The translations under genes and the position numbers were made by a program. A stretch of 63,687 bases of DNA, counting the filler, from Sphacelaria rigidula (Eukaryota): the NCBI GenBank assembly GCA_964200075.2. It is 6 parts of 6 records of this genome, joined end to end, with 100 filler letters (N's around TTAATTAATTAA, not from the genome) between each part and the next. Parts side by side here need not be neighbours in the genome. Positions count along the whole stretch, not along the records: positions 1 to 10,533 come from CAXNAA020006327.1; positions 10,634 to 21,166 come from CAXNAA020006328.1; 4 more parts are not named here. One strand, 5' to 3'. Shown one piece after another: positions 1-12,169 of the stretch. The first letter of the stretch is position 1. Every line of letters begins with the position of its first letter. The notes beneath the pieces were generated by a model. The model searched no databases. It was given only the letters and a program-made list of their open reading frames with translations, and had not been told where the DNA came from.

Positions 1-349
1 CTTAAAGCGAATGATCAAAGCCACTCTCAATCGTATCATCTACTCTCAATCTCACGAAAACACTGTTAATAATCAATACACGACATCACGACTCTGCAAT
101 CCTGGGACTTGTCTTCTACTGCTCCTACTGCCTCATCACTGAGGATCCGCTGACCACATCCCTGCTGAGCTCTCGGGTCAACGATCTTTTATTCAGAAGG
201 CAATCGCATACAGGTACCTCGTGATGGTTTGGAGTTAGGTGCAAGGCATCTAGAGGCAGCCAGCTGTACATCAAGACAGCTGTTGTTGAGAATCCTTGCC
301 AATACTCTGGGTATGCGCCAGGCCTTTTCTCATGATGTGTTTCATAAAC

Positions 350-1070
350 CTATGCGCGCAGGCAGGCGGCGCAGTCAGGGAATTCGCACTCACGCATCGA
401 GCATCGGTAAGCTTCGAAGCGTACAGCTTTGCGTCGTACATCCTCCCTGCGGACGAAACCTGCACCAGCTGCAGTCTGCACGAGGTACAGTTTAAAGCTG
501 TGCGCGTAGGAAGGCGGTGCAGTCAGGGAATTCGCACTCACGCATCGAGCATCGGTAAGCTTCAAAGCGTACAGCCTTGCGTCGTACATCATCCATGCGG
601 ACGAAACCTGCACCAGCTGCAGTCTGTACAAGCTACAGTACAGAGCTGTGCGCCAAGGCGGCACAGTCTGAGTCATCCTACGATAGAGGGGGGGGGTATT
701 TTGGGCCACTTCTTGCACGAAATTCCGAGACAAATCGTCCTTGAAAGGAGCAACAGTTGCTCGAACGAGCTTGTTATAGATACACGACGCTCGTTCATAC
801 CGATTGACACCGTTTTGAACCAAATACAAACGCACCGCGAGTGTGACAGGTCGTCTGACACACTTTTGAGCCTACTTTTTCGTGGAATCAAATCCCCCCC
901 CCCCACCCCACAGCCCTCCAAAGTGCACCAACACCCAACGACACAACACACAACCTCCANNNNNNNNNAAGCAACAAATGAGTACGCCCCCCCCCCTATC
1001 GTATTATGACTCGTCTGGGAATTTGCACTTCCGCGTCGAGCATTGAAAAGCCTCGAAGCGTACAGCGTTG
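350..1070 (+). repeat. ~148-bp tandem repeat (about 2.5 units) in the leader upstream of the copia gag; the third unit is split by a MITE
   Basis: GCAGTCAGGGAATTCGCACTCACGCATCGAGCATCGGTAAGCTTC recurs at 371 and 519. A third copy begins near 662 and resumes at 1013 (GTCTGGGAATTTGCACTTCCGCGTCGAGCAT) after the insertion. Confidence 0.85.
670..1012. mobile_element. Non-autonomous TIR element (MITE), GAG...CTC ends, 4-bp TSD GTCT; Sola-like; contains extra sequence and a short N gap
   Basis: Left end GAGTCATCCTACGATAGAGGGGG, right end CCCCCTATCGTATTATGACTC. GTCT at 666-669 and 1013-1016. Same internal sequence as 62805-63055. Confidence 0.85.
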
Positions 1071-4000
1071 CGCGGTTCATTTTTTCTCTGCATGATGAGT
1101 TACACCGCCACCAGTTCCGACCGCACAGCGGCCGTATTCAAACGGGTACCTACATTTTCGAAAGATCAGAACACCTTCATTGTATGGAAAGATCAGCTGC
1201 GAGTAGCTATCTCTATCGTTGACGAGCCGATGTTCGCCGTTCTCAACGGTCAACGAAGCCCTACTGGCGAACCAGCAGGGCACGAATGGGACCGAAAGAA
1301 CAGCGATCTGTTTTCGCTGTTGCTCCTTTAAACGATCGGGCTAGTACCTGTGACCATCCGGCGGTTCTTGTACACAGAGGATGAAGATCTTGATGGCCCG
1401 CGGGTCGGTGATGGGCAAGATGCGTGGAAGGCCCTGGTCGAGAAGTCCGACGGCAACACCAAAGCGGCTAGGCGGGCAGTTCACGCTCAGCTGGTTAGTC
1501 GCACGACGAAACCGGGCGAGGACCCCGAATATTTCTTCCAAGACATGAACGAAATTCGTCTGCGTCTGGAGGGTCTCGGGGATAAAATGCACGACGATCG
1601 CTACGAGGACATTATCCTCAAGGCGATCACCCCCGAGTATGACTTCGTGCGCGCGAAATGCTACACCGAGCGCGACTTTGGCCCCAACAACATTCGCACC
1701 GAGACGCGCAACGCGTACAATGATCGGAAATTTGGCTCGTCAACTGCATCAACCGTGGCCGGATCAGGAGCAGCCATGCAGGCTACGACATCTGGTATTC
1801 AGTGTCATCTTTGCAAGGGGTTTGGGCACTATCAACGTGAATGCCCGAACAACAAGCGAAGTCGGACACTACCGAGTAATCCGACACAGAGACGTCGAAA
1901 AGCGGGTGAGGAGGAGGGAAGTAATGAAGCACCAAAATGGTGCTCGTATCATAGGACAACAACACACAGCGACGCTGAGTGCAAGGCACAACAAAAGAAA
2001 GCAGCAATGACTGGAAGCGCCAACATCACCCATGGAAGCATTCCCGGGTCGTTCATCCCGCCGCCTGCCGCGGCGACAACTGCAAACAGCAATTCGTCCG
2101 GAACATTCGGAGGATCCCAGCAACCTGTGATGACGGAGCTGGGTCCTCCAGTGTTTTCCCTCGGCTCGTCCACCCCACCACAGCATGCTGGACTCTCAGA
2201 AAACACATTTGACCTCTTCGGTGCCTTCGATGGGGGTACTGGAGCAGCTTTAATGGCGGCGGCACCAACGACTCGGACAGCCAACGACACCAACTCCGAA
2301 ACCTGACTGGTGGACAGTGGCGCGACCGGTCACTACTTGGACACCAACCTCGAGTCGGGTGTTTTAGCTCGGACGAGTGAGTACAGGGCCCTCGAGCGAC
2401 CGTTCAAAATTGTAACAGGGAGACACAATGGAGTTGAAGCGGTTGCAACTACCACCATTCATGGTACAGTCACCGACAGAGAAGAGAAGGCGCACTATGT
2501 TGCCCCCTCTTGCTTCGTCGTCCCCGGACTCGGGCGTCATCTGTTCTCCGTGAAAGTGGCAACCAAGCAACGCATCATCGCCATCTTCGATCAACATCAT
2601 CCCCGACTGTAGACTTCATCATTCGTGCTCCCCCTGGAACAATCGTTCCATGACCAAGACCTTTACACGTTCCGCATGAAGCTGGGCGGCCACGCGGAGC
2701 AGCAGCCTGGAGTGGCTATGCACGTCAGCACCGGCGCAAAGCTCTGGTATCGTCGACTTGGTCACGTCGGCATCAAGAGCCTAGATGTACGTCGGAGGGT
2801 GGAAGACTCTGGTATCAGCTTCGATGGAACGCTATCACCCTGTGACGTATGCGCTCTAAGCGAAAGCAAACAACACGGAGATCTACGCGACGTAACGGAC
2901 CGCGTCAGCAACCTTATCGGATCTTAATCGGGAAAGGTCCGCACTGAAGCCTCCCCAGGAGAGGGAGTCACTGAAGGATTTACCTCCAGCTACAACGCCG
3001 TCACCTCCACGGGTTCTTCGCGTGTCAGTACGCGGGCTAACCCACAAGCCCCGATAGACGTCATCTCCGGCGCGGGCACGAGAAGCGCTAAAGCCCGCGA
3101 GCTCAAGTGCCTGAAGACTCTAGCCAATTTCTACGCCAGGGCAAATATGCGAGACATTGCTCACGAGGATGGAGTTTCCTTCCTGGAGTATGCGTACTCT
3201 GCCACAAACACCCAAATTCGAAGTTGTTCGGAGTGGGAGAAAGTGGTCATAGTGTCGAACACCTTTCAAGAGGCAATGCGACTGCCAGAGGCGAAGCCGT
3301 GGAAGGCAGAATCAGACAAAGAAATAGAAAACCTCCGTTCCAATAATGTCTTCACGCTTGTACCCTTCACGGCGATTCCTGCAGGAATGAACGCCATCGG
3401 ATCCCGGTGGGTGTATAAGGTAAAAGCCGACAGCACATACAAGGGGAGACTCGTCGCCCAAGGATGGGGACAAGTACCGGGCATCGACTGCGGCGGCACC
3501 TTCGCTCCCGTCTGTAGGCTACAGAGCATCCGTACGGTGCTTGTAGCGGGCACGGAGATGGACTGGGAAATCTGACAGCTTGACGTGCAGGCGGCATTTC
3601 TAAATGCGCCCGTTGAAGAGGAAGGTTACGTCAAGATGGCCCCGGGCTATGAGGAGAATGATCTCGTGGCGATTCCTCTCGTGATGAAGCTCCGAACGTC
3701 ATCATATGGCCTTCGCCAGTCGCCACTGAATTGGGGGAACACCATGGACAAGTTTCTGGGGGAAATCGATTTCACCTCTCTCGCTTCAGATCCCTGCATC
3801 TACGCCTTCACTGACAATGACGACAACGACGACAACGACGACAACGACGACATCAGGGCCGGTAACTCCCGGGGCGACACTGTCAGCACCGATCTCGGAA
3901 AGAGGAAGGTTGTCGTGCTTCTCACCCTCTACGTGGACGATGTGCTTCTTGTTGGAGGGGACGTGGTAGTACTGCACATGCTCGAGAAAAAGCCCACGGT

Positions 4001-4890
4001 TTGTTTTTAAATGACGGACATGGGAGACGTGTCACTTGTACTCGGAATGAGAGTCACCCGAGACCGCAAGAATGGGACGCCCACTATCAGCCAGGAAAAC
4101 TACACCATATCGATCCTGAAGAAGTTCGGCATGAAGGACTGCAATCCGCTGAGCAAACCAGGAACGGGAGCAGAGCTGTCATTGAATCAACCGGAAGAGC
4201 AACTTCTGGATCCGGCGGCAACACAGCAATACCAGGCGATCACCTGCTCGTTAATGTATCTAGCACAAGTGAAAAGGTATGATATCCAGTTTGCTGTCAA
4301 CTAGCTTGCGAGAGCGATGTCAAGACCATCAAAAGCACACATGGGTGCTGCGAAACATCTTCGACGTTACCTTGCGGGGAATGCTAGTTTCGATATCACG
4401 TAAAGGAAGGGAGGATTTCAGCTCACGGCGTTTTCGGATGCCGACTGGTGGAACAACCCGGATAACGGGAAATCGATGTCCTCGTATCTTCATGCTCTCG
4501 AACGCGCCGGTGAGTTTCAAAGTCGGAATACAGGGTCAAACTGCTCAGTCGACAATGGAAGCTGAGCTGGTGGTGGCAGCGCTAGCAATGAAGGAGGCTG
4601 TGTTATGTTCCAACATGATGATGGAGCTGGGATTCGGCGAAGCATCTCACAGTGTTCCGGTTCACAGCGATAACACCTCAACACTTCACGTTGCCGGTAA
4701 CAGCACATACGGTGGACGGACCAAGCATGTGGCATTGCGCTACTTCTTTATTCGCGATCTCATTAAGAAGCGGAGGATCACCCTTCATCACGTGGATACC
4801 AAGAACAACATGGGCGACATTGGGACGAAATACTTGGGCAAACAACGTCACCTGCATCTGCTTCACGTAATCAAGATCTTTAGGACTTGA
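1068..4890 (+). mobile_element. Degenerate Ty1/copia gag-pol with in-frame stops, a frameshift and the integrase core deleted
   Basis: Gag zinc knuckle CHLCKGFGHYQREC (~1804-1845); protease T*LVDSGAT (2301-2327); pre-integrase LWYRRLGH...CDVC (2743-2852); RT motifs IGSRWVYKVK, YKGRLVAQGWGQVPGID, LDVQAAFLN, YGLRQSPLNW, LYVDD; RNase H motifs FSDADW, STMEAELV, HSDN, RTKHVALRYFFIRD. Confidence 0.97.
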
Positions 4891-5120
4891 AATAACGACG
4901 CGAATAAGCGACCTGGTGTGATGCGTACTTTCTAGCGTGTGGTTGGATCACGACTGGATTTTGAAAAAATAAGAACGTCGAAAGCGTTGAGTTGAGGATC
5001 CAAGTATACATAGAAGGGAATGTGCTGAAATGGAAGCATGCTTTTCCTTAAGTAGGCGTAGAATATTCATCTGTCCGGATTTCTTCATCTCTCCTGAGTG
5101 ATACTTCCATTGAGGGGGAG

Positions 5121-5660
5121 TGTCAAGAATTCCATGTTGCATAACATATGTGAGTCAATGTTCAGTAGCATCAAGCTAAAATACGGCGGCTTCTTCACTG
5201 AGTAACAGGCGGGACATTATGCGGGGCAATACGAAACGATTGGAGTTGTTGTGCAGCCTTCGAGAATGCTAGGGTGTGAAGGTTGTTCTGGGAAGATATC
5301 ATTGACTAGTACTCGCAGGTCCGTCGAGAACTCGCCAGATGAATAGATTTGGCGGTTGGACACGGTTTTTAAATTTGGCGGAGCATGCGACAGTGAGAGT
5401 TCTCGAGAAAGATTCCTAACATGGGAACACCGATTGATTGTTCGAGAAGGTAGCGAAGTAGCGTAGCGACCTTCGTTGTGACCGTCCCACGTGGTCTCAC
5501 TCTTCATCGCTTCTCTTCACCTCTATTCTTGAGGTTCTCCCCATGACGGACGCTTTGCCTGTATGTTTGGGATCTGCTACATGGATAGTATATATGTCTA
5601 ACTAAGACTACGTGTGAACGCTCCCGTGCAAGCAGGACAACTAGACCTACTCTTACAACA
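5121..5660 (+). repeat. Probable 3' LTR of the copia element
   Basis: Polypurine tract TGAGGGGGAG (5111-5120) directly followed by TGTCAAGA. The candidate end TCTTACAACA at 5660 is inferred only from the TG...CA rule, because no second LTR is present. Confidence 0.7.
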
Positions 5661-5719
5661 GTACACTTAACAAACCCCTTCAGCTTCACGTCACCCCGCG
5701 ACATTCTTCATTTTCGAAA

Positions 5720-6440
5720 GCTTGATGAGATAGTGCAACGTTTTCCCATCACCGTTCACGTTCGACGAGGGCGAAATTTGACCTTCGACCCAAGCAGTCA
5801 GTGTCTGAAAGTATGCGCGTAATAGGTATTACGCGGAGCCCTGATGGTGGACCTGACACTTTGATTCTAAAAAACGGGAGTTTGATTCTGAAAAACGGAA
5901 ATGTCAACTATACATGCATACACGCGATGAACTCAGGTGACACCAGACTGCAGAACGCAAGAAGAGCGTATCTGTTCCCTTCGGGCTAGAGTCTTCTTTG
6001 GACAATATTGCGGCAAATGTGTGGCTGTATATTGCGCAACTCACATGAAAACGCGAGGTTGATCAGGTTGTGCAATGATTTTCCATCGCCGTTCACCTTA
6101 GACGAAGACAAGATTCCACGTTGACCTAAGCATATGTGCAACACACTCACGTCGAAGCGGCAACGCGATTAGTTGTCCTCTCAGCGTAGGCGTCCAATTA
6201 GTGAGAGCGTAAGCAAAAACAACAAACAATTGCAGCTTACCGCCCGGCGCTTTTTGCGCCGGCCTTTCTTTTCTTCGATTTCAATCAACAACAATCATAG
6301 ACACTGTGTTTGTTGTTACCTGCTTGCAGCCATCCGTCCGGCGCTTTTTTCGTTGGCCTCCCTGTGTTCCTTAGATTCGATTTCCCGGGGTTCGGGGTTC
6401 GGTAAATTTAACAGCCGATTTCCCGCGGTTCGGTGAATTG
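5720..6440 (+). repeat. Dispersed repeat; a second copy lies in reverse orientation at ~52000-52490
   Basis: TTTTCCCATCACCGTTCAC.TTCGACGAGGGCGA...TGAAAGTATGCGCGTAATAGG and GGGGTTCGGGGTTCGGT match the reverse complement of 52000-52490. Confidence 0.8.
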
Positions 6441-7539
6441 TTTTGGAGACGAATTATATCGCCTCTGTCCCGGCCGTCTATGTTTTGGTCAGTTGGGCTA
6501 GTGATCCTGACGTTTCGGTCCTGACGTTTAGGTTCTGATACATACTGGGGAAGCGACGCCGGTTGCTTCGCCAAGGTTTCCTGGTGTGCCTTTAGCTCCT
6601 CTTCCACATGTGCGTATTATATAGTTTCACATTTGGCGTAGGGATTGCGTGGTGCAATTTTAACATCCTGTGTCGTAGTTGGTTTCGACGTATGTATGGT
6701 GGTTAGAATCATACATTCAAAACATTTCAGCCGACAAGCCAGGCGTTTTTTCTCTCAATGACCAAAACACACCATTACAGTTTAAACGTTAGAGTGTCGT
6801 GGGTCCGTGTGTGTTTAGCAAACGACTTGTTGCTCTTGCTGAATGCAGCACCTCTTGCTGCTTCTACGTGATGATTTAAATAATATACATTCGAATATTA
6901 CCTTCCGCCGACGATTTGAGGTGAGGTGTGCTGTTGAAAATTAATCATCGCACATGTATTTGCACCCCAGATTCACCTTTTTGTTTATTTAGACAAGAGA
7001 ACTTGAGTACCCCCCAGGCGTATGCCTACACGGGAGGGTTTCCGCGCGACTTGGCGAGCTGATGACCTACAGTATATACGTACACGCACCAATTTGTGGA
7101 GGTGCTCACTGCTATATACACCGGGCTCACTTGCGTTCCAGTGAACCCTCAAATCGCCCGGGTGCATACCTGGGATCCTGTCACATACCCGAACATTAGG
7201 GCGCAGGTTATTCACAGGGTATCCCTGTCTCAAGGGTGAAAGTCCTGTTACAGTGGCATCATGAGCCCCCTGCACAGGGTCTACGCAGAGGGATGACCCT
7301 GGAACAACATTACTTTCATCTTTCATCCTTGAGACAGGGATAACCCTGCTCAGGTTCTTCACGGTGTATGGACTGTGACTTCGCATACAGTCAGATAAAC
7401 TGAGTAATCCGAGTACCCTGCACTGCACTCGGCCTACGCAGTTCACCCACAGAGGAGACCTTTGCCCACTTGCGTTACTTTTCCGTCTTGACTTTGTGCA
7501 TTTGTTGGCAATCAGTCTTTTTCACGATAAACGTCTTCC

Positions 7540-7870
7540 CCTCACACTATTCCCAACAGTGGAGGGCGACTATGCCGTGGGTACAGATAATTCGACTTAA
7601 CGGTCGACGAGGGAAAGGCACTGCTGAACCCCTCTCGCGATAACAAAGAAAGGCAAGTGCAGCAGAAGGAAGGTGGGGTACTAAAAACAAATTTTGAAAA
7701 AGAAGCTCCTGTGTTGACCTTCCTCCTGTGTGACCCCGGCTGGTGCGCCCACATATATATACCGAAAGGTGTAGACCAGCGTCAAGAATAGAAGGGGCGA
7801 CAACACAGACACTCATCAAACGTTTTTCTCGCGGGGGATATTCGTCCATGTGGTCCGTCATTACCACAGT
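7540..7870 (+). repeat. Dispersed repeat; related copy at ~46615-46880 and a fragment at ~51120-51180 (minus)
   Basis: CCCAACAGTGGAGGGCGACTATGCCGTGGGTACA versus CCCAACAATGGAGAGCGACTATGCCGTGGATACA, with colinear similarity downstream. Confidence 0.75.
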
Positions 7871-10533
7871 ATATGAAGTCGCGTCCTCTTCGCTTACTCA
7901 TGTAGTATATAGGCTGGTACACGCTCATCACCCAAAACCCCCTCATCGGCAAAACCTCACGCCGTTTTGAGGAGTTAGACCCTTAAATGTTTCACGAATT
8001 TTCTATGGGTCATTACGCAACTTTGGACGAACTGTCGACGTATTCGTTAGTAGAACAAGCTACACCCCAAGGTGGATGAGAATGTGACCCACTGATCCTG
8101 TTTTCGACTTGTTAACTCAAACAGTAGCGTCTCTCTCACACAAGGCACTGATCAACAGCAGACAGCTGTTATTGAAAGTAAGCACCGAGCTCTTTCGGAA
8201 AAGGAAACACCAATAGACACCAAGGGATTATGTTGTACGTGACTTACTCGTGTTATATAGCTCATCACGGCTTGCCGGCAGAAGATGAGACGTCGCGCAG
8301 AGCAGATGAAAAGCTGATGGTCCTTTTTGTGATTAGTTCTACGGTAGCTGTTTCTGGCGGTGGTTTGCAAGTGAGCATCGTAGGCGATGCTGCTCACGAT
8401 TACCCTCAAGAGCTCCTAGCTACGCATACAATCTTGTCATGTAAATACCACGCTGCTAATCGGGTACAATCCTGTATCTACCTTCAAGCCGCTGTGTCAA
8501 CAATAAAAGGATCCAAATCCTGCCTCATACAAACACAGATTCGACTAGAATCTTTCCATACCCGCTGGTCGTTTCTGGGTACCATCTGTATATCCACAAG
8601 GAACTAGTTTTAATTCAGGCACTCAGTCATTTACCATCACATTAGCCCACCCTGGATCGTTCAAGTGCAGTCCCTTTTCAGAAGGGACGAACTTGCATCG
8701 AGCCACACCTCTCCCACACCACAGAAAAACTGAGACTCCATTTGAAGATCGAGTCCTCTTTGGTACGGGGAACGGGAAGGGACGATCAACACAAAAAAAA
8801 CAAGAAAATACATACACAAGCACAGAGCAAAGAGAATAACAAAAACTCGAACCGATACAATGATTCGGTGTCCTCATGTTCCGTGGGTTCTTCAGACGGG
8901 GTCATGGGAAATAAAAAATAAAAAATAAGACCCCAAATCAACAATCAAACCATATACCATAAAATGCAGTGTCTCCAGAATGTCTTAGGCATTTCCGTGA
9001 TAGGTACAGGAAATCAGAGACCAATCATTGAAACGGTTATCCTACCCTGCCATAACTATATCATGAATAAATAGTTCGCTCTTTTCCGAATGTCCGATTT
9101 GTTTTGGATCATAGGTAGGAAAACAAGCAAGCCCGCCAAGGCATCATATCACTTCGATAACCAAGTTCATGCTAATCACTCGTCCCAGTCAATCAGCAAA
9201 AGCAAACAACGTACAGCCGAGTTCGTCGCGGAAATGGTAGTTTCCCCCGAAAACCATACGTTGATAAAAAGAACCAAATAGAATGATACGGACAAATGAA
9301 CCCGTTTGACGTGAGTTCATTGTCAGTACATGTTTGTGAGAACAACGACTTGCTTAGGACGTCTGGTTGATGATCCAGTCGTACAGCATTTTTTTCTCAC
9401 ACGACGATACGAAAACAACTGACCGGTTTGTGAGGTCAGGTGTCCGTACACGTCAAAAGAAACGTGGTGGACAATACACAACCTTCGGGCCTACCACGTA
9501 GTTCCGAGGCGGATCACCCAACACATTTCTGAACCACGACAAATACACGGGACAGAGAGGACCGACGCAGCCCACTCCTCACAGTATTTGCCCGTTAGGA
9601 TTGAAACGAGACTGGCCCGAACAAAAACTGGAGTAAAACTCACAGCCGGTCGTACCGTCACGTTACTTCGTCCAATAATCCCTGATAAAAACAAAACACC
9701 ACCGACCGATTTCAGGGGCGGGTAATTGTACGCAACAACTGGTAAAAGTGACAGAAAAAAATAGCGAGTGGCGGACTCTGAGCCTATAGGCTGTACCAAC
9801 GGTCGAGTATCGACATGGCGGAACGGACACTTCCGAAAGAGCGATCTACCTCATCATGATACGTGATGGTCCTGTATGAGGAGACGTTTGCAACCAATTT
9901 TACCGCGACTTCAATAACAATTCTTCAACACCGCTATGTACGACGGGGCCAGTGGTGGCCTCGTTGTAACTATTTAATCACCAAAGTATAAATCATCGCG
10001 TCGCATTACCCGCGACCCTCCTATAAACGGGGTCGGTCACATGCGGCAGGACTCGCAAAAATAAATAAATAGGCCAAGTGTTGTAGACTCGAGGGTCAGG
10101 AACGTTGGAACACTCGTGGCGAAATTCCTACATAGACGCAGAAACCAAAACCAAAATGAATACAAAACCAGGGGTACACTGGGCAACAGCGAAAACGAAA
10201 ATCCGCAACATGAGGCAGAAAAACAACACGTGGCAACCGTCCCTGTAAACGGGAGCAGTTATTGTGTGTATGAAGCAAGCAGGGTCAAAAGTTTCAGCCA
10301 AGAAGGTCAAAACATTTTAGGCAACCCATGTCAATATAATATCAACGTGGTACGCACACAAAAAGGGGACACGTCATTACCGATCCTGCTGGAGGAAGCG
10401 GTATGCGTGTACGGAGCGGTTGCGCACGAACGCAATTATTCCAGACGGGGAGGTCAGGTAAATGCAGCGCTTACTCCTAAAACTTTAAACCGAAAAGACA
10501 AAAAAAAAAACCCGACCACCTATGACCCAAAAA

Positions 10534-10633
10534 NNNNNNNNNNNNNNNNNNNNNNNNNNNNNNNNNNNNNNNNNNNNTTAATTAATTAANNNNNNNNNNN
10601 NNNNNNNNNNNNNNNNNNNNNNNNNNNNNNNNN
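10534..10633. other. Artificial contig linker (44 N + TTAATTAATTAA + 44 N); identical linkers at 21167-21266, 31798-31897, 42429-42528 and 53060-53159
   Basis: Five identical 100-nt spacers with a six-frame stop core, spaced 10631-10633 bp apart. Confidence 0.98.
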
Positions 10634-10668
10634 GAACAGAAAAACACAGAAAACAGACAGCTACAGGG

Positions 10669-10701
<33 letters not shown>

Positions 10702-10744
10702 GCAAAATGGAGGGGATATGCATCATGGCCTTCGAGATACACAC

Positions 10745-10888
10745 CTTCTGCTCGGACTCCCCAGACATGCCGCTGACAATCTCTGGCGCCGAGATACGAA
10801 GAAACGAAACACCCAACTCTCCCGCGATGGCATTTGCCAGCAAAGTCTTGCCGCACCCCGGCGGGCCGTGCAAAAGAATTCCTCGGGG
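10745..10888 (-). CDS. NVL: NVL/Rix7-like ATPase, exon 6 (D1 Walker A); the gene runs off the contig end
   Basis: [48 protein letters not shown]. The [13 protein letters not shown] pore loop is characteristic of NVL/Rix7 rather than CDC48. Canonical AG/GT boundaries. Confidence 0.95.
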
Positions 10889-11289
10889 CTGGGCAAAAAA
10901 GGTGGACACGGATGAGAAATCAAGTTCATGAATGAGCATGGCAATCCTTTCATCGCTTGAAGCTGCCATGTAAATTCGGAGCACCTTCTCCAAACATATT
11001 TTTCAATTGACGTGACAGCCTCAGCAAAGTAGTCAAATAGGACAGAAGCGAGGATTAGATCTGGAATTTGTTTTCGGACTTTCATGTATAGCAACGTTAA
11101 AACCCGAGCCTACGAGGTGTCGAAAGACGAACACATCGTAGAAAAACGATGATCGGGATGAAGGCCGAGTGACAAAATTACCCAACAAATCTACGCAATG
11201 GAAATCCGATTCAACCACTGGGAGTGTGTAAGGGACCATGTTCATGTTCAGGGAGCGAACAGTTTGCCCATTGGACGAGTGTGCGCTCA

Positions 11290-11472
11290 CTGGTTCACTC
11301 GGTAAACTGTTCGCTCCCCGAACAAAATATTGGGAGTTCAAATTCCGGCATGACCGTTTTTGGAAGGAACGAGTTTCGCCCACTTTTTAATGGGTAAACT
11401 GTTCGCTTTCTGAACAAGAAAGAGGTCGGGAGTTCGAGTCCCGGGGTGACCATTTGTGGAAGGAACGAGCTT
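11290..11472 (+). repeat. Two tandem ~92-bp tRNA-derived (SINE-head-like) units in an NVL intron
   Basis: GGTAAACTGTTCGCT at 11301 and 11393; A-box-like TGGTTCACTCGG at 11291; B-box-like GGAGTTCAAATTCC and GGAGTTCGAGTCCC. Confidence 0.6.
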
Positions 11473-11629
11473 GACATGTGAACAGTTAGGCTTGCGAGGG
11501 GCGGTCGCTTCGGAGATCACCGATGTGTCATGCCGGGATGGACCACACCACACCTCTAGTTCAGGAAGCAAACAGATTACTCCTATAAGAACGGAACACA
11601 TCGTGTCCATTCTTCGACACCTTCCTCAC

Positions 11630-11735
11630 CGGCTCTATGCCTAGATGTGCGTAAACTTCCGGGTGCACTAGAGGATACTCGATCAGCTCGCGCACCTCCT
11701 GAAGTATTCCCGATATCCCCCCAAGATCGCTGTAC
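11630..11735 (-). CDS. NVL: NVL/Rix7-like ATPase, exon 5 (start of the D1 AAA domain)
   Basis: YSDLGGISGILQEVRELIEYPLVHPEVYAHLGIEP; CAG| acceptor, |GTGAG donor. Confidence 0.95.
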
Positions 11736-12023
11736 CTGGTGGGATTGTGAAGGCAGATTCGGGGGGGGGGGTGAGGACGAGTGATGTTACAAGATGACGG
11801 ATAAGTGCGGATAACTTGTGGCGTCATACAAAACACGGAATACAATATTTTCGAACAACAATCCCCAAAAGCATACAAGGTCATCATTACCTATTTCATC
11901 ACAAAATGTCGGTCTTTCCTGTCGCAATGAGTTCATGTGTATCTGCCCGCAGTACAAGTACGAAGTACAAATTCTGTTCTGCACGAAATGGTTTACAGCA
12001 AGGCGGCCGTTCGTGTGCATCAC

Positions 12024-12169
12024 CTCGCTGATGGCCGTTCCACCACCCCTGATACTGACTGCCCGCCAGCACCCGCCGCCCCTCCCGAGCTCGCAGACTT
12101 GCTCGGCGTCGAGGGCGGGCCGCCGGGGCGAGGCCGTTTAGCGCGCTTTTGCGTGTCCTTCGAACTCTG
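12024..12169 (-). CDS. NVL: NVL/Rix7-like ATPase, exon 4
   Basis: CAGCAG acceptor; QSSKDTQKRAKRPRPG...VVERPSA; ends AG|GTGAT in phase 2, which joins the single leading G of exon 5 to give R-YSDLGG. Confidence 0.8.

Noticed and set aside
350..660. Tandem repeats here, at 46949-47251, 56328-56500 and 63369-63687 as CRISPR arrays
   Set aside because: The whole unit repeats, there are no unique spacers, no cas genes are present, and the context is eukaryotic.
296..1009. 237-aa ORF and overlapping ORFs
   Set aside because: They run through a tandem repeat, a MITE and an N gap; no protein motif.
5700..10533. Downstream NVL exons (Walker B, D2 domain)
   Set aside because: No such motifs were found, and this is a different contig.
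10578..10589. Regularly spaced TTAATTAATTAA motif as a biological periodic signal
   Set aside because: It is always centred in exactly 88 N; this is an assembly linker with stops in all six frames.
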